Positions 48,289 to 57,278 of a stretch of DNA of 64,000 bases are shown here, piece by piece. The translations under genes were made by a program, and so were the position numbers. The DNA is from Planctomycetota bacterium (GTDB lineage Bacteria > Planctomycetota > UBA1135 > GCA-002748355), in NCBI GenBank assembly GCA_002748355.1, contig PDSF01000049.1, forward strand, positions 7,864-71,863, read 5' to 3'. Position 1 is the stretch's first letter; every line of letters starts with the position of its first letter. The notes beneath the pieces are model-generated. The model searched no databases, had not been told where the DNA came from, and was given only the letters and a program-made list of their open reading frames with translations.

Positions 48289-50529
48289 ATGGCTACGCGT
48301 AAGAAGGCCGTGAAGAAGCGAAGCAAGGGCAAGTCCTCCTCTGCGAAAAAGTCGCCAGCTCCCCCTGTCCTCGACCCGGCGCATGCGCTGGATGGACTGT
48401 TCCGGCCGCGCTCAATTGCCGTCGTGGGAGCCTCAAGGCGCAAAGGCTCGATTGGGCACGAAATCGTGGCCAAGTTAGTACAGGGTGGCTTTTCTGGGCC
48501 GGTCTGCCCGATCAATCCCCAGGCTGAGAGCGTCCTGTCGATCCGTTGTTATGCCTCGATCGAAGAGGTCCCGGGCGAGGTCGATATGGCCTTGCTCGTG
48601 GTGCCGGCATCTGCGGTCAACTCGGCGGCCGAGGCCTGCGGCAAAAAGGGCGTTCGAGGCCTCGTCGTGATTACGGCGGGCTTTCGTGAGATCGGTGGAG
48701 AGGGGCTGGGACGCGAGGCGGAGCTACAGGCTATCGCCAAGCGTTATGGCATGCGCATTATTGGCCCGAACTGCATGGGCATCGTCAATACCGAACTGCA
48801 GACGTCGATGAACGCGAGTTTCGCGGCGTCAACCCCGATACCTGGGCGCATTGCCTTCGTGTCGCAGTCGGGCGCGCTTGGCGAAGCGATCCTTGCCGAC
48901 GCGAGTAATCGCGGGCTCGGCATCCACATGTTCGCGAGCATTGGTAATCATGCCGACGTCGGCGTGGCGGATCTGATGGAGTATTGGGAGGCCGACGATG
49001 GCGTCGAGCTGATCCTGCTCTACATGGAGGCCTTCGGTGATCCACAGCGCTTTAAGGCGGTGGCCGAACGACTACGCGGTAAAAAGCCCATCATCGCGGT
49101 GAAGAGTGGACGCTCGACGGCGGGTGCCAGGGCCGCGGGTTCGCATACGGGGAGCGTTGCTGGAGAGGATCGAGCGATCGATACCTTCTTGTCGCAGTGT
49201 GGCGTGCTGCGGGCGAATTCGATGCGTGAGATGTTCGATTATGCCGAGGCTCTGCTCGATCAGCCGCTACCGCAGGGGCGCCGCATTGCCGTTGTCACCA
49301 ATGCCGGTGGTCCCGGCATTCTGGCGACGGATGCGTTTTCCGGAGCAGGTTTCGAACTTACCGAACTGAGCGAGGCGACGCGGAAGCGGCTCGATGCGGT
49401 GATGCCTCCCGAGGCAACGAGTACCAATCCCGTGGACCTGATCGCCTCTGCGGATGGCGATAGGTATCGCAAGGTTTTGCGCATTGTTATGCGCGATAAG
49501 TCGGTCGATTCGCTGCTCGTGCTCTTCGTTTCGCCGACGATGATCGATGCCAGCAAGGTCGCCGAGGCGATCGTTGACGAGACCAAGGGTTCGGGGAAGC
49601 CGGTGCTCGCGTGCGTGATGGGTAAGCGCGGCGAGGAAGAGGCAGTCTCGCACTTGAAGGCCAATGGCGTGCCGGTGTTCCGTTTCCCCGAGGAGGCCGC
49701 CATCACCTTGGCTGCGATGTCGAGCTATACCGAGCTGACGCGGATGCCGGTGGGCGAGTTCAAGGTCTGGGATGTCGATCGCAAGGAGGTCGACCGGGTC
49801 TTTGCCGAGCATGCCAAGGTCGGTGGCGAGTGGCTGACTACCTCGCTGGTGCAGCGACTGCTGCGAGCCTACGGCTTCCCGACCATCCCTTCCCACGAGG
49901 TGGGGACGGTGGCCGAGGCTGCGGAGAAGGCTTTCGAGCTGGGCTATCCCGTGGTGCTGAAGGCGATGTCGAGCAAGCTTGTGCACAAGTCGGACATGGG
50001 CGGGGTCGTCGTCGGCCTTGACTCCGGTGATGCCGTGCTGAAAGCGGCCGGGGAGATGCGCAAGAAGCTGGGGCGGCGCTGCAAGGACCTACGCTTTGAA
50101 GTGCAGGGCATGGCCCAGGGTCATCGTGAGTTGCTCTTGGGCTTCAAACGGACCGAGGGCCTGGGGCCGCTGATCGCGGTGGGCTTCGGAGGAACCCATG
50201 TCGAAGTGCTGCGCGACGTCGTCGTGCGCGTGGGGCCACTGCACGACTTGCAGCCGGGGAGGATGCTCGATGCCCTGCGGGCTGCGCCGCTGCTGGGCGC
50301 CTATCGCGGCGAGCCGGCCATCGATCGCAAGTTGGTGGAAGAATGCGTCCTGCGCCTGGACCAGCTAGCACGGGAGCTCCCGCAGATCGAAGAGATGGAC
50401 GTCAATCCCTTCATCGTCGATCGTGAGGGGGGCTCAAGCTACGTGGTGGACGCGAGGGTGCGGCTCAGGGATTTGGCTGCGGACGATTTGGCTGCGAACA
50501 AGGGTGGGGTCGATCCCGTTGGGCACTAG
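48289..50529 (+). CDS. Acetate--CoA ligase family (ADP-forming, alpha-beta fusion)
   Basis: PRSIAVVGAS, GPNCMG, SQSGA, SHTGS, TNAGGPG, NPVDL, HKSDMGGV ATP-grasp. Confidence 0.93.
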   Translation: MATRKKAVKKRSKGKSSSAKKSPAPPVLDPAHALDGLFRPRSIAVVGASRRKGSIGHEIVAKLVQGGFSGPVCPINPQAESVLSIRCYASIEEVPGEVDMALLVVPASAVNSAAEACGKKGVRGLVVITAGFREIGGEGLGREAELQAIAKRYGMRIIGPNCMGIVNTELQTSMNASFAASTPIPGRIAFVSQSGALGEAILADASNRGLGIHMFASIGNHADVGVADLMEYWEADDGVELILLYMEAFGDPQRFKAVAERLRGKKPIIAVKSGRSTAGARAAGSHTGSVAGEDRAIDTFLSQCGVLRANSMREMFDYAEALLDQPLPQGRRIAVVTNAGGPGILATDAFSGAGFELTELSEATRKRLDAVMPPEATSTNPVDLIASADGDRYRKVLRIVMRDKSVDSLLVLFVSPTMIDASKVAEAIVDETKGSGKPVLACVMGKRGEEEAVSHLKANGVPVFRFPEEAAITLAAMSSYTELTRMPVGEFKVWDVDRKEVDRVFAEHAKVGGEWLTTSLVQRLLRAYGFPTIPSHEVGTVAEAAEKAFELGYPVVLKAMSSKLVHKSDMGGVVVGLDSGDAVLKAAGEMRKKLGRRCKDLRFEVQGMAQGHRELLLGFKRTEGLGPLIAVGFGGTHVEVLRDVVVRVGPLHDLQPGRMLDALRAAPLLGAYRGEPAIDRKLVEECVLRLDQLARELPQIEEMDVNPFIVDREGGSSYVVDARVRLRDLAADDLAANKGGVDPVGH

Positions 50530-50634
50530 CAGCTTTGGCATGAGCAGGCCTGTGGCTGAACCGTTCAGGGTCCTGGCAGAGCAGGGCCCTGGCGCGATGG
50601 CTGCAACGGCTGCCTAAGAGACCAGGACTGATCC

Positions 50635-51087
50635 TTGGATATCCGCCAGTTCACCAGCGTTATCGTTGCACGGGAATCGAGCATCCTCTGCGTTGTCGAG
50701 GGGCGCCCCGACAACTTTGGACTACTCAATCTTCCTGGTGGACACCTGGAGCCGGGAGAGAGCTTGGTCGACTGTGCTCGGCGCGAGGCGCGTGAGGAGA
50801 CAGGCTTAGAGGTCGATCCCCAGAGGCTACTCGGGGTCTACACCGGGATCTTGTCCTCCGGGGTCCATGCGCTTCGCTTTGTCTTCCTGGCTGAGGAGCT
50901 AGGGGGGCAGCTGCGTCCGGGCGAGGATATCGACCAGCTACTCTGGTGTTCCGCCTCGGAGCTATTGGCCTGCGAAGACGGGAAGCTGGTGGCCCCGGCG
51001 ATGTTGCGGAGGATCCTCGCAGACCTGCAGAGTGGCCAGGCTTGGCCTCTGGATGTGCTCCGCGAATACGGGCTAGCCGATTCTTAG
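50635..51087 (+). CDS. NUDIX hydrolase
   Basis: GGHLEPGESLVDCARREAREETGL Nudix box. Confidence 0.9.
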   Translation: MDIRQFTSVIVARESSILCVVEGRPDNFGLLNLPGGHLEPGESLVDCARREAREETGLEVDPQRLLGVYTGILSSGVHALRFVFLAEELGGQLRPGEDIDQLLWCSASELLACEDGKLVAPAMLRRILADLQSGQAWPLDVLREYGLADS

Positions 51088-52103
51088 CGAGAGCAAGGGG
51101 TAGCGATCCGCTTGGCGGGCGTTTCGGCGAGGAACACTTCGGCGAAGCGCTGCATGACGGCGCTGGGCGAAAAGCGCTCGGAGAAGGCGTCGTATATGCC
51201 GGGCTTGGCCTCGAACTTGTCGAGTATGGTGGCCAGTTCGGCGCCGTCGCGATAGTAGATCCCCTTGCTACCGAGCACGTCGATGTGGTGGCGGTCGCTG
51301 CCGCCGAGCCAAGTGATCACCGGTTTGTTCAGGACCGAGAACTCACCGACGGAGAGACCGAAGCTCTCGCCATCGCTGCGTCCGTGCAGCATCCCGTCGC
51401 AGCTCTGGATGAAGCGAACCTTGCGCTCGAGATCCGTGGTGGTGGGGAGATGGTGGATGCGTGGGTGCGGGGGACAGAAGGGAGCTGTGTTGAGAAACAC
51501 GAAGTGGAGTTCTGGGCGTCGCTGCACCGCGGCTGCGACTTCGACGTGCACAAAGGGCAGGTCGAAGGTCATGGGCCCGCCGTGCCGGCCGAGCACTACA
51601 GCCTCTGGGGGGATGCCCAGCTCGCTGCGGAGATCTCCGGCGACCTGGGGCAGGCTGATCATGTGGGGCACAACCGGGATCTCCAGGCCTTCGGTGCCGC
51701 GATGGCATGCGACCCAATCGGAGACGGCCGCATAGACGTCGCCGCGTGGCGCCGAAGCTTCGAAGACCGCGTGCAGGACCAGCCGGCCCTCAGGCGGGCG
51801 GAGCAGCTCCTCGCCGAAGTCGGCGCCGTGCACGATTCGGTAGTAGACGTCGACATCCCGCAAGGCCGCCTGGCAATCACGCGGGTCGTCATAAAGGAAG
51901 ACCGAGAAACGCCGGCGGAACTTGTCGAAGGCGCTGAGGTCGGAGTTCGCGGGGCAGAGGATGCGGCTGCGGTGGCCGAGCAGGGTCTCGGCGTAGTGGG
52001 CGTAGTCCCACAAGGCCACATCGGTGCCACGTTCGTTGAGGTGGCCGGCGTCGAAGGCCAGCTGCAGGCGGTGGCGCGATCGCAGGGGGGATTGGGGTTT
52101 CAT
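51084..52103 (-). CDS. GT-B (GT4-like) glycosyltransferase
   Basis: ERGTDVALWDYA, GRHGG, GESFGLSVGEF..NKPVIT. Confidence 0.8.
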   Translation of the reverse strand: MKPQSPLRSRHRLQLAFDAGHLNERGTDVALWDYAHYAETLLGHRSRILCPANSDLSAFDKFRRRFSVFLYDDPRDCQAALRDVDVYYRIVHGADFGEELLRPPEGRLVLHAVFEASAPRGDVYAAVSDWVACHRGTEGLEIPVVPHMISLPQVAGDLRSELGIPPEAVVLGRHGGPMTFDLPFVHVEVAAAVQRRPELHFVFLNTAPFCPPHPRIHHLPTTTDLERKVRFIQSCDGMLHGRSDGESFGLSVGEFSVLNKPVITWLGGSDRHHIDVLGSKGIYYRDGAELATILDKFEAKPGIYDAFSERFSPSAVMQRFAEVFLAETPAKRIATPCSR

Positions 52104-52211
52104 CTCCCTTGCTATCGAACTTTTCCGGCCAGCTGCTGAGTTGCTTCGCGCCGCTGCTCGGGGCCTTGGTGAAAAATCGGCGAGAACCGGGGGGCCCAGT
52201 GGCGATCTGGA

Positions 52212-52241
52212 TGTTTGACTGGCAGGAGCCTGCTAGAAACA
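52212..52241. promoter_or_regulatory. Imperfect inverted repeat, candidate operator upstream of the permease operon
   Basis: TGTTT-GA-CTGGCAGG-AG-CCTGCTAG-AAACA, about 25 nt before the start codon. Confidence 0.35.
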
Positions 52242-52266
52242 GTTCCCGTGGTTTTTCAGCGAGCCG

Positions 52267-53347
52267 GTGATGCGACGAGAACTCCTGATCCTTCTGCTCT
52301 TCGTCCTCGTCTTTCTCGGTGCCTATTTCTTGCCCACGGGCTGGCTGATTGAGTCCTTGGGAGAGAAGCAGCCCCTCAGCCAGGCCGGGCTCTTGCTCCA
52401 GGAATACGCCCGTGAGCACGTGCTGCTTTGCCTGGTGCCGGCGCTCTTCATCGCCGGGGCCATTGGGGTCTTCCTGAGCCAGGCCGGGGTGATGCGATAC
52501 CTCGGGGCGCGGGCCAAGCTCGTGCTGGCCTATGCCGTAGCCTCGGTTTCGGGGGCGGTGTTGGCTGTCTGCTCATGCACGATCCTGCCCCTATTCGCTG
52601 GCATCTATCGGATGGGTGCGGGGCTTGGTCCAGCGACGGCGTTCCTTTATTCCGGGCCAGCGATCAACGTGCTGGCGATCCTCTTGACTGCGAGGATCCT
52701 CGGGGCGGAGTTTGGGCTGGCGCGGGCGGCCTTTGCCATTGGCTTTGGAGTGGTGATCGGTGTCCTGATGCAGCTGAGCTTTCGTAAGGATGCCGAGCGT
52801 CGCGCGGAGGCCGTTGCGCAGGAGATTCCCGTGCAGGAGAGCGCGGGCGGTGCTCTGGCCAATTTCCTGCTGCTGGGCGGGCTTACTGGCTGCTTGGTAT
52901 TTGCGACTTGGCCGACGCAGAGCGATACCGCCTTTTTTGCCGATATCGCGCCCTACAAGTGGATCCTGGCGCTCTCTGCTCTGGGCGTAGCCCTCCTTTC
53001 GTTTCTTATATGGAAGCGGGATCAGGGCGAGGAGTGGCTCGATCAAACCTGGACTCTGGCTAAGCAGATCCTGCCCTTGCTCTTTGTGGGGGTGCTCGTT
53101 TCCGGCATTGTTTTTGGGACTCCGAGTGCCGAGGGATTGATTCCGCGGTCTTGGATTACCGAGTCTGTGGGAGGAAACTCGCTCGCTGCCAACCTGATCG
53201 CCGCGTTATCCGGCCTTGCCGAGCTTGCTGGTGATCCGAGGCGTGCTCGGCACCCGCAAGACCCTGGTCTTTGCCTTTTACGTCGTGGTGCTCGCGACAA
53301 TCGCCGGCAAGATCTTTGGCAGCATGATCGCAGTAGGAGGAAGCTGA
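52267..53347 (+). pseudogene. ArsP/DUF318-type permease with internal deletion and frameshift near 53215
   Basis: EHVLLCLVPA and AVCSCTILPLF in frame 1; the family-type C-terminus LPSLLVIRGVLGTRKT...GGS* lies in another frame and ends at TGA 53345-53347. Confidence 0.8.
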
Positions 53348-53610
53348 TGAGTCGCGTGCAGATTTTGGGCACCGGTTGCGCCAAGTGCGAAAAACTCGCT
53401 CAGCGGGCGCGGGAGGTGCTGGACGGCCTCGGCAGCGACGCCGAGCTGGTTAAGGTGAAAGAGATCGAGGACATTGTCGCGCTCGGCGCGATGCTCACCC
53501 CCGCGCTCGCGGTGGATGACAAGGTGCTCCTCGCCGGGCGAGTGCCTTCGACGAAGGAACTGAGCCAGATTCTGAGTGATGCCCTGGCTTCTGGAGGAAG
53601 CTCTTCATGA
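53347..53610 (+). CDS. Small redox-active thioredoxin-family protein (MTH895-like)
   Basis: ILGTGCAKC, TPALAVD, GRVPS; AGGAGG RBS and TGATG coupling. Confidence 0.9.
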   Translation: MSRVQILGTGCAKCEKLAQRAREVLDGLGSDAELVKVKEIEDIVALGAMLTPALAVDDKVLLAGRVPSTKELSQILSDALASGGSSS

Positions 53611-54101
53611 AGGGCAAGCAGCTGCTCGGTTCCGCGCTGCTCGCTCTCGGGGTCATTGGCCTGGTGGTCGCGGGGCAGCGCGTGGCGAAGCGGGCCACAG
53701 CGCCGAGTTCGCAGCAGGAAACAGCCGTGCCGGGCGAGCCGGAGAAAAGCTGCCATGCCGTCGTCTATTACCTCCACAGCAATGAGCACTGTGCGACCTG
53801 CGATCGAATCCAGGCCTTGACCAAAAAGACCATGGCTGAGGACTTCGCTGGCGAAATCGCTAGTGGCCTGTTGGACTTTCGCATTCGCAATGTCGACGAG
53901 CCGGAACACGAGCACTACTGGGATGAGTTCCAGATGGATGCGGCGACTGTCGTGGTCCAGGCCCAGGGCCCGGAGCGGCGCTTCGAAAACCTGAGCAAAG
54001 TTTGGATGCTTTACCGCGACGAGACGGCGTTTCGCGAGTATTTGCGCCAGCAGATCCGCGCTTTCTTGCCGAAGGCGGCGGTTCAGCGGGACGGCAAATG
54101 A
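53607..54101 (+). CDS. ArsF-like exported thioredoxin-fold protein
   Basis: VYYLH...HCATC..I, NVDEPEHEHY, NL.KVW; ATGA overlaps. Confidence 0.75.
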   Translation: MKGKQLLGSALLALGVIGLVVAGQRVAKRATAPSSQQETAVPGEPEKSCHAVVYYLHSNEHCATCDRIQALTKKTMAEDFAGEIASGLLDFRIRNVDEPEHEHYWDEFQMDAATVVVQAQGPERRFENLSKVWMLYRDETAFREYLRQQIRAFLPKAAVQRDGK

Positions 54102-54787
54102 TCGAGTATCTTCAGCCGCTGCTCTTAGCGATGTGGTGGGGGCTTTTGACCGCGATCAGCCCTTGTCCCCTGACGACGAATATTGCGGCGATCTCCTTCT
54201 TGAGCCGGGAGGCCGGCTCGCCGGGCCGTACGGCTTGGGCCGGCTTGGCCTACACCCTTGGCCGAGTTGTCGCCTATGTGGGGATCGCGGCGCTGATCAC
54301 GGCGAGCTTATTGCGTTCGCATAGTGTCTCGCGCTTCCTGCAGCAGAATATGCAGCCGTTTGTGGGGCCTCTGCTGCTGATGACCGGCGTTATCCTGCTC
54401 GACCTGCTGCCCTTCAGCTTTGGGGCCGGCGTCAGCGTCAGCGAGGGCTTTGGCAAGCGCGTGCGGGCCTTGGGGTTGCTGGGGGCTTTTGCTCTTGGGC
54501 TGCTCTTTGCGCTGGCCTTCTGCCCGGTCTCGGCGGCGCTGTTCTTCATGCAGCTGATCCCCCTCGCCGTGGCCGAAGGGTCGGTGCTGCTCCTGCCTTC
54601 GCTCTACGGTGTCGGCACCGCGCTGCCCATCGTGGCCTTTGTCCTGGTGATCGCGTTTAGCTCGGAGCAGCTCGGCAAGCGCTTCACGCAAGCGCAGGCT
54701 TTGGCTCGCTGGTCGAAGCTGGGGACCGGAGTGCTCCTACTCGCAATCGGCCTCTACATGCTTTTCGCCCACACCTTCTTTGGCTAG
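54098..54787 (+). CDS. ArsG-like / CcdA-DsbD family membrane protein
   Basis: ISPCPLTTNIAA, YTLGR, AFCPVSAALFF, GTALP. Confidence 0.8.
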   Translation: MIEYLQPLLLAMWWGLLTAISPCPLTTNIAAISFLSREAGSPGRTAWAGLAYTLGRVVAYVGIAALITASLLRSHSVSRFLQQNMQPFVGPLLLMTGVILLDLLPFSFGAGVSVSEGFGKRVRALGLLGAFALGLLFALAFCPVSAALFFMQLIPLAVAEGSVLLLPSLYGVGTALPIVAFVLVIAFSSEQLGKRFTQAQALARWSKLGTGVLLLAIGLYMLFAHTFFG

Positions 54788-54887
54788 CGGCGCGGCGGCA
54801 GCCCTGGCGAGGCCGTGTGGACCGCCTTCCTCCGGCAAGAGCGGCTGATGCGTGGAATCCCAGGGCAGCGGCCGCACAATGCGCGGC

Positions 54888-55652
54888 ATGAATGCGAAAA
54901 GCTATGTCTATGACGTGAGCGAGCTCGACTTCGCCGAGAAGGTGGTGGATGCGAGCCGCGACGGCCTTGTGCTCGTGGACTTTTGGGCCTCTTGGTGTGC
55001 CCCCTGCCGGACCTTGGCGCCGATACTGGAGCGCCTAGCCGAAGAGGGGCATGGCACGTTGAGGGTCGCCAAGGTCGATACCGAGAAGGAGCCGCGCTTG
55101 GCCCAGGCCTTTCGGGTGCAGAGCGTCCCCTTCGTGGTCGCGATCAAGGATGGCAAGCCGGTGGATGCCTTTGCTGGCGCCCTCCCCGAGGACCAGCTAC
55201 GGGCCTTCTGCGAAGATTACGGAGCCGTCTTTGGCGCTGCCGATTCGATTCTCGACGCCGAGATCCTGAATGAGCCGTTGCCGCTGGCGAAGCAGGCGCT
55301 GAAGCAGGCGGATGTCGCGGGCTTCAGGGCGCAGGTGGAGGCACTTGGGGAGATGGAGGAGGACGAGGACGAGTTTCGCGATGCCGAGCGGCTCGTGGAG
55401 GCGGCGGCCTTCTTCTGTGGCGACCTGCCCAGCGAAGGACCGGCGGCAGCGGCGCTGCAGGCGGCGCATGCCTCGTGGACGCAAGGGGCGCTCGAGCGCT
55501 GCCTGGACCAACTCCTGGAGAGCATTAGCGAGGATCCCGCCCTGGCCGAGGAGCTGGCACGCAAGGCCATCGTGGCGCTCTTCGTCGTGCATGCCGAACA
55601 GGAAACCTTGGTGCGCCAGGTCCGCAGGCGCCTGGCCATCCTGCTGCACTGA
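54888..55652 (+). CDS. Thioredoxin-domain protein, CnoX/YbbN-like
   Basis: VDFWASWCAPC, FAGALPE, C-terminal RRRLA.LL. Confidence 0.85.
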   Translation: MNAKSYVYDVSELDFAEKVVDASRDGLVLVDFWASWCAPCRTLAPILERLAEEGHGTLRVAKVDTEKEPRLAQAFRVQSVPFVVAIKDGKPVDAFAGALPEDQLRAFCEDYGAVFGAADSILDAEILNEPLPLAKQALKQADVAGFRAQVEALGEMEEDEDEFRDAERLVEAAAFFCGDLPSEGPAAAALQAAHASWTQGALERCLDQLLESISEDPALAEELARKAIVALFVVHAEQETLVRQVRRRLAILLH

Positions 55653-55841
55653 GCGTGAGTTCAAAGATCTGTTCGGACAAGGGCCCGATTCAGAAGGAAG
55701 TTTGATGAAAGCCATTGCCCTGTCAGGGGGCATTCGTGATCGTTCCAGTAGTTTCGCTCGCGGTCTTGCCGGGTGGCCTTGTGGAGAGAGCCGTTCGTGC
55801 GCAGCCACGAGTTCCTTTCGTAGCCAGGACAAAGGTGCTCC

Positions 55842-56963
55842 ATGGTTCTTGTGTTCATCCCTCGTGAGGGAGAGGCCGGTGAGACGCGAGTCGCCGCCAC
55901 TCCCGAGACCGTCAAGGGCCTGATCAAGGCGGGTGCGACCGTCTCGGTCGAGAGCGGAGCGGGAGAGCCCGCTGGCTTCCCCGACGCCGATTACCGCGAA
56001 GCAGGCGCCGAGCTCGGCGAGGCTAAGTGGGGCGAGGCCGACCTTGTCCTGGGGATCCGCCCTCCAGCCCCAGAGCAGTGCAGCTCGATGAAGCAGGGCG
56101 CGAGCCTGGTTTGCGGTATGCAGCCGCAGCTCTGTCCTGATCAGGTCAAGGCCTGCCGGGACGCCCAGGTCACGCTCTTCGCGATGGATGTGATCCCGCG
56201 TATCTCGCGAGCTCAGAGCATGGACGTGCTCTCCAGTCAGGCGACGGTCGCTGGCTATGTGGCGGTGCTGCTTGGCGCGCTGGAGATGCCCAGCTTCATG
56301 CCGCAGTTCATGACCGCGGCGGGCACGATTCGTCCGGCCAAGGTGCTGATCCTCGGCGCTGGTGTAGCGGGTTTGCAGGCGATTGCGACGGCACGCCGCC
56401 TCGGCGCCCAGGTCGAAGCCAATGACATCCGTCCCGAGGTCAAGGAGCAGGTCGAGAGCCTCGGCGCCAAGTTCGTCGAGACCGTCAAGCAGGACAGCTC
56501 CGAGGACAGCGGTGGGTACGCCAAGGAGTCGAGCGAGGAGTCGCTGCAGGAGCAGCGGAGAATCCTCTCTGAGCACATTGCGGCGGCTAGCCTCGTGGTT
56601 ACGACGGCGCTGATTCCCGGGCGCCCCGCTCCGAAGCTGATCACGACCGAGATGCGTAAGGACATGCGCGCGGGTGGCGTGATCGTCGACCTGGCAGCGC
56701 CGATGGGCGGCAACGTCGAAGGCAGCGTCGTCGGCGAAACCGTCGAAGACAACGGCGTCAAAATCATCGGCCCGAGCAACCTGCCGGCGCAGTTGCCGCG
56801 CGATGCGAGCCAGATGTTCGCACGCAATATCTTTTCCCTACTCAAGCTCATGCTGCGTGAGCAAAGCTGGGACCCGGATTGGGAAGACGAAATCGTCAAG
56901 GCTTGCTGCATCACCAAGGATGGTGAGATCAAGCACGAGGCCACTAAGGAAGCCATCGGCTGA
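55842..56963 (+). CDS. pntA: NAD(P) transhydrogenase alpha, part 1 (domain I)
   Basis: ETRVAATP, RAQSMDVLSSQ, GAGVAGLQA, GGYAK, TTALIPGRPAP. Confidence 0.96.
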   Translation: MVLVFIPREGEAGETRVAATPETVKGLIKAGATVSVESGAGEPAGFPDADYREAGAELGEAKWGEADLVLGIRPPAPEQCSSMKQGASLVCGMQPQLCPDQVKACRDAQVTLFAMDVIPRISRAQSMDVLSSQATVAGYVAVLLGALEMPSFMPQFMTAAGTIRPAKVLILGAGVAGLQAIATARRLGAQVEANDIRPEVKEQVESLGAKFVETVKQDSSEDSGGYAKESSEESLQEQRRILSEHIAAASLVVTTALIPGRPAPKLITTEMRKDMRAGGVIVDLAAPMGGNVEGSVVGETVEDNGVKIIGPSNLPAQLPRDASQMFARNIFSLLKLMLREQSWDPDWEDEIVKACCITKDGEIKHEATKEAIG

Positions 56964-56974
56964 GAGGAAGCACC

Positions 56975-57259
56975 ATGGAAGCCATTCTCATCTTCATGTT
57001 CGTGCTGGCCTCGTTCCTCGGTTTCGAGATCATCACCAAAGTTCCGGCGACCCTGCATACGCCATTGATGTCGGGCTCGAACGCGATCTCCGGCATCACC
57101 ATCGTAGGTGCCATCACCGCGCTGGGGGCGGGGATGCCTGGCATCGGACATTGGCTCGGCATGCTCGCGCTGATTTTTGCCGCGATCAACGTGGTGGGTG
57201 GCTTCCTGGTCACCGACCGCATGCTCGCGATGTTCGGCTCCAAGAAGAAGAGAAACTAA
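56975..57259 (+). CDS. pntA: NAD(P) transhydrogenase alpha, part 2 (membrane)
   Basis: LHTPLMSGSNAISG, NVVGGFLVTDRML. Confidence 0.95.
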   Translation: MEAILIFMFVLASFLGFEIITKVPATLHTPLMSGSNAISGITIVGAITALGAGMPGIGHWLGMLALIFAAINVVGGFLVTDRMLAMFGSKKKRN

Positions 57260-57278
57260 GGCGCAAGGAGCAGAGACC

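Noticed and set aside
52267-53610. Genuine novel permease-thioredoxin fusion protein
   Set aside because: The linker is out-of-frame permease sequence, and the thioredoxin has its own RBS and ATG.
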